Source: Geosiphon pyriformis uo1 (taxonomy: Eukaryota > Fungi > Glomeromycota). Taken from it: a stretch of DNA of 64,000 nucleotides. The stretch lies in the NCBI GenBank assembly GCA_016748015.1, contig JAAOMT010000602.1:261696-325695 (forward strand), in the 5' to 3' direction. The notes beneath the pieces are model-generated. The model did not search any database. It was given only the letters and a program-made list of their open reading frames with translations, and was not told where the DNA came from. The position numbers and the translations under genes are program-made. Of this stretch, positions 1 to 13,689 are shown piece after piece (within the stretch, counting starts at the first letter, position 1; each line of letters opens with the position of its first letter).

Positions 1-653
1 AATTAATTTTAGCGAGTCTTTTTGATAAATTGCAAGGATTTAATTTTTGTATTTGGTTATTTATATTGATGAAAAAAGGCGAGTTAAACGTTAAAAAGCC
101 ACATGAAAATTCTTAATACTGCGAGTCAAAGTTTTGAGAAAGAAAAAGACTTTCCAATAATTTTATCATGCATTTCAGATGGGGGTCATTGCGACTAATA
201 ATTGGCTTTACATCTATTAAAGACAAAATTTAATATTCTAATTTTCAACTGATTAAATAATGTTTCTATAAACAAAAATTTCTGAGTATTAGAAAATACT
301 CTTTTGTCAAGCCGTTTGGCTGATAGTCTCGAAGAACAATCTTTGTTACAACTTACAACTCAGGATCGATAAATTTATAATTTAATTATTTTCCAAAAGA
401 AAATATATGCGAAAGAGTGATTAGTGGGAAAAAAGAAAGGCATAAAGACTTTAGATGTGAGAAGGGAAGGTATGGGTATCATTCGGTAAATTTATTAGGA
501 AGAGCGACTCCTTTTTTTGACCACAATGTCAAGCATTATTGAATGGTGTTAAGCCCGAGGCCTGTAGTAATATCTAGGCTATTAAACTGTTTCCCATTCC
601 TTAATCATTTTCTAAACCTCATTTTCGGTCAGTCTTTTATTTTCTCGAGGTAT

Positions 654-2457
654 TTAAAATGGCTGCCTGACGTATACCTTTCGCCCCTTTCGATACCGCC
701 ATACACCAAAGATTACGGCACCGATTATTGTGACTGTACAAACAACGGCAATCGGTGCTACCAATTTCGGTAAAGTTGGTGCATTGTAATTCGGTGTTTC
801 AGGAACAATTTGGCTGGAATTGGTTCCTGGAGCTGCAAAGTTGTCGGGAACGTTGACACCAAGGGTGGCGTAACTACCTTGCTCAGTAGGACTACCAGAT
901 GATTTCTTCTTTGGACCATAACCCTCTGGGGGCCATGTTGTTGAGGTATTACCAGTATCTATTTTTGGAGGTTAATTTATTAGAATAAAGTCAATGAAAG
1001 ATAACCAATAGAATTTTTAGGATCTAATACTTACAATAACATGTAATGTTGACCCAATCGACGTACATAGTATAAGCACGATTTTTATCGCTCCAATCAG
1101 TTGGTGAACCGGCCCAATCCGCAGTACCTGGAGCACCCATACCACCATCCCACATTGAAAATTGAACTCTAGATAATCTTGATGGGAATTTGTATGCTTG
1201 CAATGTTTCATCCCAAGTATCACTTTTGAGGGATGTACGCACTATATTGCCATCGATAATCCATCTAAAAAGGAATAAAACTAAGTATTATTGAAGCATA
1301 AAATTTGAGAAAAGATGTCAAAATAAAAACTAACCTAATATGTTCGGGCATCCATTCAATTGTGTAAGTGTGAAAACCCGCGCTGGTATCGGCACCGACT
1401 TTGTGATGAGAACCTTTGGTGTAATCTAAGGTACCATTGTAGTAATAATTACCTTGGGCCTCGGTGGGATCAAGACCAACCCATTCATAATCGATTTCAT
1501 CACCGATCATATTTTTTGTCTAATTTAATAGTTTAAGCTAATGCGTTAATTTCAAGAAGGAAAAAATGGGGAATGTAGATTTTAGCTAACTTTGATGAGG
1601 GTACTCACAATAAAAGAGGAAACAACACCTTTGGTCGAAGAGCCAGTTTTGATACGTGCAGTAACTGTGCCATATTCCAGCCATCTTTGAGGAAAAATTT
1701 TTTTTAATCTATATCACTGAATACGGAATATGGGCAAGAATACCGAATGAAAAGCTACGTAAACACTTGAAATCTAGAATTCACCTTGTACTACTAACAG
1801 TAGAGCCAAACCCTTGATAGTTGCCTTTTTCATTTTTGTTAACGCCATCATACTTCATGTTTAGTGCTAGTTGTCCATCATTGGTATAGGCAGCATAGTC
1901 AGGCGTAAAATCTGATGTCCAGGTGGCTTGATTAGGGTCACCAGTAAAGCTTTGCCACGGTACAAGACTTGGCTTTGAGAAGTCATCGTATTGATTTATA
2001 CATAGTGGTTGAGGGTAACATGATTTTGGACTGAAAGAGTTGCCTGGTTCACAACCTAAATTTTAAAAGATTAATATCTTATAAGAAGATTGTCTCGGAG
2101 TTAAAATGATCAAACAGTCATTTAATCTTCATCTTTGATTAAGTGCTCACCAGTAGAACAAAATTTGGGATCATTTGAGCACCAGCCATTATTACAACAA
2201 GGTGCGTCTTCTGGGCAATTTTTGCCAAAGTTTTGACAGATTGCATTGACCAGAAAGGAAACTTGGGAAAGGGTAGTTGTGAGAAGTAAAATTTTCTAAT
2301 GATAAAAATAAAATCATCTTGATATTAATTAATGTTTTAAGAATTGAAAAAGCTACTTCAATATGGGGAATTCAAAAGGCTTTTTTGCTGTTGCATTAAC
2401 TGTATAATCTTTACCAACTATAAGAATCGATCCCAAAATTACCTGTAAAGACTTCAT
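654..2457 (-). CDS. Crh/Utr2-like chitin transglycosylase (signal peptide + CBM18-like chitin-binding module + GH16 + C-terminal TM helix), 7 exons
   Basis: Exons 2457-2443, 2295-2152, 2055-1785, 1684-1609, 1519-1335, 1264-1035 and 958-654 join in frame at GT-AG sites. Product: signal MKSLQKILLLTTTLSQVSFLVNA; Cys-rich CPEDAPCCNNGWCSNDPKFCSTGC; GH16 motifs YGTVTARIK, GVVSSFI, catalytic DEIDYE, FHTYTIEW, FSMWDGG, WAG; then a hydrophobic helix and tail RYRKGRKVYVRQPF*. Confidence 0.9.
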
Positions 2458-2640
2458 GGTTTCGAAAATTATTGTCAGGGATGGAATTTGCAGTTTCTAT
2501 TTTGGAAAGTTTCTAAAGATTAAAAAAAGTTCCAAGAATAATGGGAAAAGAATGAAAATAAAATGCAAATTGAAGGAGAAAATGGATGACGCGAGAAATG
2601 ATTGTAATTGAGGAAGCCAACAAGTGGCAAATGAAGATGA

Positions 2641-2725
2641 AGTTTTAAAGAAGGTAAAAGAGGGAAGGAAGGAAAAGAGGGAAGGAAGGAAAAGAAGGAA
2701 GGAAGGAAAAGAGAGTGAGGATGAA
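2641..2725 (-). promoter_or_regulatory. Pyrimidine-rich (CT-box-like) tract upstream of the GH16 gene
   Basis: (GGAA)n/GA-rich run on + equals a CT-rich tract on -, about 190-270 nt upstream of the ATG at 2457. Such tracts are common in fungal promoters and 5' UTRs. Confidence 0.4.
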
Positions 2726-4399
2726 AGTTAAAGAATAATTGATGATGTAGACGAGAAAAGGTTGTGATTTATTAAGCTGTCTCGTAGGGCATCTAATTGC
2801 AGCAATAATTACTAACTACACCGGTTATTGGCTTACAATGTGTTGTACAATTTTGGCCGTGATAGACATTGGCGAAAATAGATTGGTTTCGGGGGGAATA
2901 TCTGCAACGCGTTTAATTTGTACAAGATAACGCTGCAAGCAATCGTGAAATAGCAAAATTTCAAGGTCACAACTTAGTACACGTATATCATTTAATACCG
3001 ATGATTCTTTTAGAAAACTTAGTACATTGAATACAAAAAAAATTCTTCAAGTTGAGAGAAATTAAGACTTTTCTATTTAGAAAGAGGAAAGTTTCATTTA
3101 TTTTAGCCCTCACTATACAGAAATTTATTACGCAAAATAAATGGTTGAATAAATGAAATTCAGATATTTCCAAATTTAGATGATTGATGCAACTTTTCAC
3201 CTCATGTTCATCGTAAATATTGTTGTTAGTCCCAATTAAAAATGTTCGACAAACCTGATCATTTTCAAAGTAACAAGGTCACAACTGTTCAAATTTATTT
3301 TTTTGTGTACAAACTCATGGATCTCATTCGGCGATTGAAAGAAATCAACTTTGCCAAAACTTAAAGTGCTAAGGGCTCACATTTGTATACTATTTTTAGT
3401 AATTAAACGAATTAAGATAGACTCAATTGATCATAATTCTTTTTTTAATTTTTTTACGGGCATAAAAAGTTTTTAAAATTGTAAAATTACATTTTTGGGA
3501 ATATAAAAACCGAGGAATTACATTTTTTCGAATTAAATTCTAAGTTAGCTCAACGTCTTGAATATCTTCAGTCTTTTTTAATTCTAAGTTCAAAATATTA
3601 ATATTCTCCAACCTAAACCGGTTACTCGAAGCAAAAAAGTATTACTCTATTATTGCGGTTAAAACCTTCAGATTCATTCTCGTATAAATTTTTAGCTAGA
3701 AGTTGGATTATAATTTGTTCATCCTTGAATCGTTTTCACCTGAAGAGACAAATCAGAATTCCCAACCTTGTCTCATCATGGACTAATATTTTTTGCAAAG
3801 TGAACTTCCAAATGCTAAAATTTGAGCTTTCTCGCTATATATATTAAAGCATTTTTGTACAAACCGAAAATTCTCAGGAAATATACGAGATGCAAATGCT
3901 TTAATAAGATAAAAATACAGATAATTTTTGTGATTTCTGGTTTTTTTTTTAAAAAAAAAAACAACTTTTGAATAAACAACATGATATTTAAATTTCAAGA
4001 TTCGCTAAGTGAGATTTTTTATCAAGAGTTTTTATGGTTAGGAATAGATATAAAAAAGACGCGTGATTTACACATAATAGAATGTTGGATAAAAGAAAAG
4101 TTTTATGATGAGGTAAGATTATAAAATGCTGTTATTCTATATCTTTCAATGATTAATTCAATAATAATAATTTAGTTGAGATAGAACTGAAAAAGCTGAG
4201 GGTTACCAATTTAATTGTCCCGTTAAGAAGTGGAACATGAATTTTCTCATATCTATATTGAGATAGAATGTTAATATATTTTTGTGTTCAACTTTGATTT
4301 TTGAGCTCACTAGCGTCTAAAAGTGAAAATACAATATGGGAAAAAGTTCTGAGAATTGTTATTTTTATTCTTATTTACATAAATTGAATAGAAATTTAG

Positions 4400-7300
4400 A
4401 TATTTTTTTTTAATAGTAAGAGAATAAGTTCATTTTAAAAATATCCTTGTAAATTTACTTTAAATACTAATTAAAAATACAATTATAAAAACTTCATATA
4501 TATTTTCACTATGAATTGCACTACAATTGAAAAATTTTAAATTACATTTTTTTAATTAAACAACCAAAAATTATCATAGTAATAAATAGGTGGATTTCAA
4601 ACTATTTTATAATATTACTTGGTAGAAAAATTTTTGGTATTATTTTTTTAAGAAAAACATAAAACTTTTTAATAAATAGTCTTGAGTAAATTTATTTTCC
4701 TATATTTATAAAAAAATTTCAATTTAATTAATTATTCATCGAATAAGAAAAAAAAAAATAATTCAAAAAACTTTTGTTCCATACTGTAATTCCTATTTAA
4801 CCTTTTTGCACAAATATATAGCATGTGAAACAAATATGGTTAGAATCCCATTTTTGATATTGAAAAATTAAAATTAAACACATTCAACACTTTAATTGAA
4901 AATTTTAATTTAGAATTTTCAATTTTTAATTATATTCAAATTACTTATATTTTAAATTTGAAATAAAAATTAAAGTAGAATTAATAGAATTATTTAAAAA
5001 TATAAAATCTTAAAATACTTGTATTTAAAATTTTACTAATTAAGTTATAATGTAATTTCTTAATTATTACAGTCATTTTTTATTCCTATAATATTATTTA
5101 TATATATTTAATATATTTTTATACCATTTTATATCATAAAAACTGATATATATTTGTTGTCAACACTATTATAATTATTTACAACAGACATTGCATATGC
5201 TGCCAAATTATTAAATAAATATTTTACTTAAAATAACTAATAAAATTGAAAAAAACAGTTTCATAAAAATCATAAAATTATGTTGATTAATTCATTAAAA
5301 CTATTACTAAACATGTATAAAAAAAATTGTCATTTACATTAATATCAAATAGAATCAACGACTATATTGTGATAAAAAAAAATTTCTTGTAACCATTAAA
5401 TTTCTTTATTTAATAAGAAATCGGATGCAAACTTATTAAATAATTTTAATTTATTTTTTATTAAGACAAAAAGTTTAAATTGTGTTTTTATAAATTATTC
5501 TAGAATTGTAAATATCTAACTTAAACTAGAAAATATGTGACTAACTACCAATTTCTGTTTTAATTATTTAATTCCATTTGGGTAATTATAATTTTCATAG
5601 TTGGTTTTTATTATATTAGTAATTATAACTTTGAAATTACTTTAAATTATTTTAATATTTTTGAATGAATAAGTTTAAATAACTTGTACAATACTTCCAA
5701 AAAGTAATATTTAATTTAAAATTATTTTTTATAATTATACACCAAAAAAAATTATATTTAATAATTTCTAAATATTTTAATTGAATCCAGATCTGACAAA
5801 TTTGTTGACCAGCTAATAATTGTAATCTATTTTTTATCGATTATTTCTTCTAGTTAACAGCTTAATTACATTCTAAAATAAAAAAAATGGTTTTTTAAGA
5901 CTTTAAAATAAGTATTTGCATTTTTTATTTTACAATATAAATATAGGTATATGTTTTAAAATATAAAATATTTTGCTGCAGTAGGTAAGTAAATTTGAGA
6001 TCGTAAAATACATTTGTGATAATTAATAAATTACATTTATGAAATAAATTGTTTACAACTTTATTAAATAACAAAATATTCTTTTTTCTTGGCTTTATAT
6101 ATTATTAAATTTGATTTTTTAGAATATGATAAGTTTTTATATTTTTTGTTTAACAATATAAAACTGAATTTTTTATATATATATTATTATTATAATATTT
6201 AAAAATTATAAAAACGAAAAAATATTAAGTTTATTTCTTAAAAAGTATAAAATTTGATTTTTAATAAAATATTTTATTTTGTAAAATTTTAAATTTTATC
6301 TCTTTTAAAAATTTATTAACCACTAATATTATTTATATTAGTTATCTTATTTTTAAAAGTAATTATTAATGTAATTATTAACTTAGTTATTGATTTGGTT
6401 ATTAATTTAATTATTACTTAATTATTAATGTAATTACTAATTTAATTATAAGAAAGACTTTTCAAAACTGCAAAAATTTAATTCAAACTAGAATTATTTT
6501 ATTAATTACAAAATTAATACTTTTAAAATCTATTTCTTAACTTATATATTATTAGTTTTTATAAAGTATATTAAATAAATATTTGCTAAAAAGTACAAAT
6601 AATATCTATTATTAAATTATAAAAATATTAATATAAACATATAATTATAGCAGTTGTGTTGTTTTTTGTTAACAATATAGACTATTTTTTATTTTCAAAT
6701 TTTTTTGTTATTTTTTAGAAAAAATAATAATTAAGATATTTTTAAAACTAACCTTAAATATTGAATTCTTACAAATTTAATTTGCTTATTTAGTTAAATT
6801 TATTTTTTATTTTTTAACATATTATTTTAATTTATAACAATATAACTAACTATCTTAATTAATTTAAATTATATTATAAGTCTAAATTTTATTATATTTT
6901 TTATATTAATATATTTATATTAATTAGTTTAAATATAAATTTTATTTCAACTACATATTTATAATTATACAAAAAGCCAAAATTCTACACAAATTTCCAA
7001 TTTATTTGGATTTTATATCCATTTCAAAATTAAACTTTACTTTTGTGTTTAATAATAATTATTTTTACCAAATTTACTATTTAATACTTTATAATCTTAA
7101 TATTAATTTACGAATTTTTTGTTTTAATAAACCAGTTTATTAATATTATTCTTTTAATTAGTATTCTATATAAAATTAAACAGTTTACAAAAATATTTTT
7201 AAATTTACTGTTTTTTAATATATTAATATCCTAAAATTAAAAATAAAATAAAATTATACTTAGAGTATACTATGTATTTTAATATTTATCGAAAATTTTA

Positions 7301-10300
7301 ATTCTAAATTTGTGGTAATTCAAATATTAAACTTTTAATATTTTTAATTACTTTATATTATTAAGTGTTAAACAGTCAATTATTCTGGTAAAAATTTATA
7401 AAAATAACTTTTTCAAAAACTTTTTAATATTACCAGAAATAAAAATTTTATTATAATTAATAAAATAAAAAAAATTTATATTTATTAGTTACTATTAATG
7501 TCTTATTTTTTTATTTTATGATGATTTTTAACTTTGATTGAAATAATATTTAGATTGTATTTTCTAATTTTTTTAATTATAAGATCTCATTTATCTAATA
7601 AACATTTCGAAAATCTGGTTTAAGTCTCAAAAATTTACTTTTGATCATATTTAAAAATCTAATTATTTGTAAAAACTTAATATTAACTTTTATAAATAAA
7701 TATATAAAGACCAAAATTATTATAATTTATTTTATTAGAATTAATAATATATAATTTCTATAATTTATGACCAAACCTATTTTAAAACTTTAAAAATATG
7801 CTGCAAAATTATTAAATGCATAAAATATATTAAGATTTTTTAGCAATTTAATTAATATTTATATTATCTAAATTGTTAATTAAAATAATTTTTTTTATTT
7901 ATATTATATCTTTTTTTGACTTTACTTTCAAATATTAACAAAAAAAATTTTATGTATACTTATAAATATTTTTATATTTACATTTAAAAATTTAATATAT
8001 TATTACAATTAGATATAATATGCTAATAAATAGCATAAAAAAATAATATTGTATGATAATAAAATTAATAAAAAAATAATTTAACATTAATAAATAAATT
8101 GAATTAGTAAGAATTTAATATATGAGATTAGTCTTATAAATATCTCAGTCATTATTTTTTTCAAAAGATAACAAAAGAACTTGAAGATAAAAAAATAGTC
8201 CATATTATCAACAAAAAATAACATATTGGTATAATTTTATGTCTTATATTAGCACTTTTAAAATTTAATATTAGATATTAGTTGTACTTTTTAGTAAATA
8301 TTTATTTAATATACTTCACAAAAACTAATAATTATATAAATCAAAAAAAAAAATAATAATAAAAGAAAAATAAAAAAATTAATATTATTATATTGATCTA
8401 AATATAAATTCGAATATGAATGCTTTTCTATAAAGCAAATTGCCTTAAAAATAAAAAAATTGATATTAAAAGCTTGCTTAAATCTAGTTTTAATTAATAT
8501 TTTAGCATACAAACCCAAAATCACAACTAACAATTTATCTTTAAACAGAAAACAAACTGAAATTACTTAATTAGAAATCTCTTCTATTTTTGTAATATAA
8601 CAAGTTAAAGAATTATCCATAATAATAATTATATTAACACTATAAAAACTATTTTTCAGATTAAATATAAAGATTCAGATCTTATTAAATTTGTTTATTA
8701 TTTATAATTTAGTATTAAACTTCAGTTTTGTTTCTGTTATAATAGATATCATGTTTTTAGAATTTATATGTCATTAAATAATGTTTTCTTGCTTGGCTAA
8801 ATTGTTCATATCTTTAATATTGCACATAGAAATTTTTTAAATAAGACTGATTATTGAAAAAAATAAAAGCTTAAACTCAAACCAATATTCTTTATTTGGC
8901 CAAAAAATCTAGAATTATGTTTGACAAATTGTAATAGTATTATTACTAATGACTATACTTAATTCTTATTTATTATTATATTTACTCCATAATTCAATAA
9001 CAAAAAAATTACCAATAGCTAATATTTAAGACTAAACTGAAAAACTATTAACTTAAGTGTTTTTAATCTCTTAACCAGCTTATCAACTTGCTTTGTAAAA
9101 CTGTACTTAAGAACAGTAAACCTATTATTCACTTTTATTAAAATTAACAAATAAAATTTACTATTTAAAAATAAACCAACAATCACAAAAACCAATGATA
9201 CTATATGAAAAGAATTACTATAAACAATTTGTGTCCATGTTTTATCATAAAAAAAAACTGGCTAAATAATTAAAACCTGCTTTTTTTTATAAATATTGGC
9301 TAATTAAACACAATTTTAAAAAATAACCAATTTTTTATTATGATTACCAGAATTTTTATCAGATATATATATAACAAAAATATGACTAAATTGTTTATAT
9401 TAAGCATAAACAGTCAAAAACAAGCCAGTTTAATATAAATTTATATTTTTAAAAACCAAAATAGAATTAACAGCAGTCTTTTTTAATATTTTATTAGCAA
9501 AAAAACAATTATACATCTGTTATATATATATATACTTGAATTTTGGTCAATAAAACAAGTTTTCTTATTATAAAATACCAAAAAATCAGAAAGATTATAA
9601 GCAGTAATACCAATTGGTAAAATATACAACAAAACTTAATATTAATCTCTAGATATTTATATTTACTTATTATCAATAGCTTTAATCATACACACAAAAT
9701 TTTTTTTTATAAGAATTAATCACTTAGTTACAATTAAATTAATAATGTTAACTGTTTTAAATTCAATCAAGATTTTTTGCCAAAAGCCAATAAACTGTAT
9801 CTTAATTAACACAATTTTATCAAACTTAAAAAAAACAGATTTTATAATTGATTTAAGAAGATTAACCAGAATTTTTTTAATAATTATTTTCTAATTTGTA
9901 CAACTATTTACTTTTTTAATATTATTATTAATCAAAATTTTTTTGCAAATTGCCATATTTTTAGTCTTTTTTAAACTTAATTTTAGTGTAAAAGATAATC
10001 TAATAATTTCTAAAAATTTTAAAGAAGTGAATACCTCTTTAAAATTATTAACATAATAAAATTTTTTTTATATTTATTAACTTATTTCTAAAAGATTTGT
10101 TAAGTACTACAAAAAGTTTAATATTTAATACAAAAAATTTAGCTGAATTAAAACTCTGTTTTTCTAAAACACATAATCTAACCAATAATAATTGCTTGAA
10201 GCCAAACAAACTTAAGAAACAGAAGTACTAAAATATTATTGATATTACTTAAATTATTAAAAAAAAAGTTTTTAGTAATTAATTTAACACATGTATTTAT

Positions 10301-12150
10301 GTACAAATTTTTTATAATGTGATATTATTTTTATTCTTATTAACTATTAAAATATTTAAATCTATATAATAGGTTTTTTTAACAAAAGTGTTTTTTATAT
10401 TTGATAGATTACTAATATTACTTGTTTTGCTACCAACTTTACTTCCTTAAAATATTGCAAATTTCTTATTAGAATCTTTAATATTTTTTAAATTTAAAAA
10501 ACCAATAGACAAATTAATCATATTACTATTAGTATCTGGTTTTTTTAATATTTTGTAAAACACATCATAAAAATAAACATTTTTTATATGTTTCTTTTTG
10601 GTAACTTTAAGCTCTTATTATAACCAGAGAATTAACAAAAGAAAGAGTTTTTTTAATTTTAATAATTTTTTTAATAAATTAAATATTAACTATTTATTTA
10701 TTATTTAATAATAAAAAAATTTTTACAAGAAAAAAACCAAATTATTCAAAAATTATACTTGTTAATTTTTTATATAAAGATATTTAAACTTTCTAAAATT
10801 ATTAAATATTAAAAGTTTTTTTTGGTTAATTTACTTAAACTTTTAATAAAAATTGTAATATTTAAGTATTTTTAAGTCTTGTCTTATTTTACACTTATTA
10901 AATTTATTAAAACACTTTATAATTAATTAAAATAACAACTATTTTATTTGAATTTACTATAAAATTATTGTTATTAAAATTTTTTAACAAAATTAATAAT
11001 GTTTTAAGTTATTATATAATTATATAAAACTTATATTGTATTATTTATAAAAACTTTTATCACAAAAAATGTAAACATATTTAATTTAAAAACCATTATT
11101 TGTTTTTTTATAAATATTATATTAATAGTATAATCTAAAATAATTTTATATTTTTTTAATCTAAATTATTTATTAATTAATTTAAACTTAATTAAATATG
11201 CTATTATATAATTTTTAAAAAAATCTGACAAAAAAATTATATATTTTGATTTTTTTAAGCTTAGTTTAAATTAATTTTAACTTATAAAATTATAGATTTG
11301 GTATATATTTTGCAAAATAAGCCATTTTTTTCTAATATAATTTTGATAAAAAACCCAATCACAAAAATTAAAAACTTGATTAATATATATTTAAATAATA
11401 AAATATTGTTACCTTTTAATATTTATTTTTTTACAAATTTTGAATGGAATTTTCTTAATAGTTTTAATTAATATTATGAATTTTATATTTATTAAAATAT
11501 TATTCTATTTATAGAGTTTAAAAATCATAAAAACTCAAGATTTTTTTATGAATTAGACATTATTTTTGCTAATTAAAATTCTGTGCTATAGTTTTATCAA
11601 AATTTATTCAGAATTTTAAATAATCTAACAGTTTATTATTAAATAATTTTATTATTATTATTATTATTATTTTCTTCTTATGTTAAGAAAAAAAATTTTT
11701 TTTGTTATATTTTAAACAAAATAAATTTTTTTAATAAATTTAAGTATTAAAATCCTAATTATACTCCATCTGAAAATTGAATCAAACAGTACATATCTTT
11801 TGGTTATGTTTATAACTTGTCAATAATCAAAATTAATTTGTTATCCCAATTTTTGAGCAGAGAATTAATAAAGAGTTGACCAATTTTTATTTTAACAAGC
11901 AGAATTTTTTTATTTATAATTATGGTACAGCTTAACATAAATAAAAATTAATTAAATCTGCAATATAATAATAATTAATGGTAATTTAAATAATTAAAAC
12001 CAAATCCCAATTGTTTAATGGCTAATTAATTGTCATTAAATAATTTGGAATTAATGTTAATAGCTCTAAAAATTAATATTTTTAAAGAATCTAAACTTTT
12101 TAAACTAATTTTTATTATATAATTTGTTAAATAAAAATTATTGTGACAGA
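4400..12150. other. Ultra-AT-rich, CpG-depleted non-coding block, probably heavily mutated repeat/TE relics
   Basis: No credible ORF and visibly far more AT-rich than the flanking genes. By eye I found no CG dinucleotide from about 8420 to 12238, while GC dinucleotides persist. Confidence 0.6.
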
Positions 12151-12515
12151 ATAACTTTTATATTTATGAATCTCTTTTGATTCAAGAATGTTTATCAATT
12201 GAAAAATCCAATAAACTTTTATTTGTGATATTGAAAAACGAATTAGGAACAATCCTGATAAATTTGTATGACATAAAATCTAGAAGCTGCAGTAAGCTTA
12301 GCTTCTATGTAAGGTATTTTCGATGCAGAACCAACTCAAACATCAGTAACCCGATTAGAGCAGGTAAATTAGATATGCAGAATTTTTACATAAATTGAAG
12401 AACAGTATTAATGTTAGAGTAATTTATCTTTTTTTCTTTTTAAAATTCTGTCTATCAAAATTGAATTATTTTAAATTAAACTATTTTATTTTGCTATTTC
12501 GAACATTTTATAATA

Positions 12516-13689
12516 ATGTCTTCAAGTAGTAACGAAGAAACCAAATCTTTAAGTATCACTGAACTTAGACGAAATCTTTACCAGTCAAAGTTTGAAATTA
12601 GCTCTTTGAGACAACAAAATGCATCATTAAAAGCTCAATTATCGCACGCCATGGCTGAGAAAGCCGAGGAGGGATTTGAGAGTGAAGCCTTAAGAACCGC
12701 TGTTGAGGATTTGCAGCAAAAACTTGTGAATTGTAGTCTTGAACGCGATGAGGCTCAGACGCAAGCTCAAGCTCGATCAAAATCAGAACCTGATTCGCCG
12801 CTAGATCTAAGAGGTAAGTAGTGTGGTCGAGAGTTTGAAAATCTAGAGAAATAATTCTGAAATTTTTGAACCATTAAATTTTTATTCGGTTCAGATTTAG
12901 CATGTAAGTAGCTTTGTCGAAATTTCAATAGAGAAAGGGATTCTGAAAGTTGCAATTTCCACAAATCTTACTAGCGTTCAAAGAAAAGGTTCGAGATTCG
13001 TTTCAAACTTCGTATCCTGGGCCAGTTCATCCTGGAATACAGTGTGATGTGTGTCACACTCCAATCGTCGGCATACGCTACAAGGTGATCTCACAATCCA
13101 AATTTATCTCCGAATTCAGTCAATAATCTTTGCTTACCAATTTTTTTTGAAAGTGTGGTCATTGCGAGGATTTTGATATGTGTGGGGCTTGTTTTGGATC
13201 TAATCATGATCCTGAACACGTATTCGTCAAGATTCCTCGACCATGTAAAAGCTTTTTTAGAAATCTGGGTCTTCCCGTATTCAATTTTAAAACCCAAGCA
13301 ATAAATGGTTAGTTTTAAAATTATGTTATTTAAGCAACTTTTTCTAATGTTTGTTTTTGAATTTTATCGAAAATTAATTTCTCTAGAAGTCACTCATTCT
13401 CCTGCGGTATGTGATGTTTGTCGTCAAACGATCCAAGGAATTCGTTATAAGGTATGCTTATCAACATTAATAATCAATATAAGTTCAGGATTTAAATCGA
13501 AATCAAATTAATATCGTACATTTTTCGAAAAAGTGCGGCCAATGTTTGGATTACGACCTATGTCCTCCCTGTGAAGTCAAACACGGGAATTCTCATGATA
13601 CTAGTCATGTTTATTTAGTGATAAAACGCCCATGTCGCATGAACAGGGTCAGAAGTTATTTGCCGCGTATGCCTCCATCCTTAAAATGA
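12516..13689 (+). CDS. Coiled-coil protein with two ZZ-type zinc fingers
   Basis: Exons 12516-12813, (12895-12903 microexon), 12975-13084, 13154-13307, 13387-13451, 13534-13689. N-terminal heptad-like region. ZZ1 is HPGIQCDVCHTPIVGIRYK|CGHCEDFDMCGACFGSNHDPEHVFVKI; ZZ2 is HSPAVCDVCRQTIQGIRYK|CGQCLDYDLCPPCEVKHGNSHDTSHVYLVI. Stop TGA at 13687-13689. Confidence 0.88.

Noticed and set aside
8306-8533. 75-aa hydrophobic ORF in the AT-rich block
   Set aside because: Its F/I/L/K/N/Y composition is what extreme AT bias produces; no ATG context or motif.
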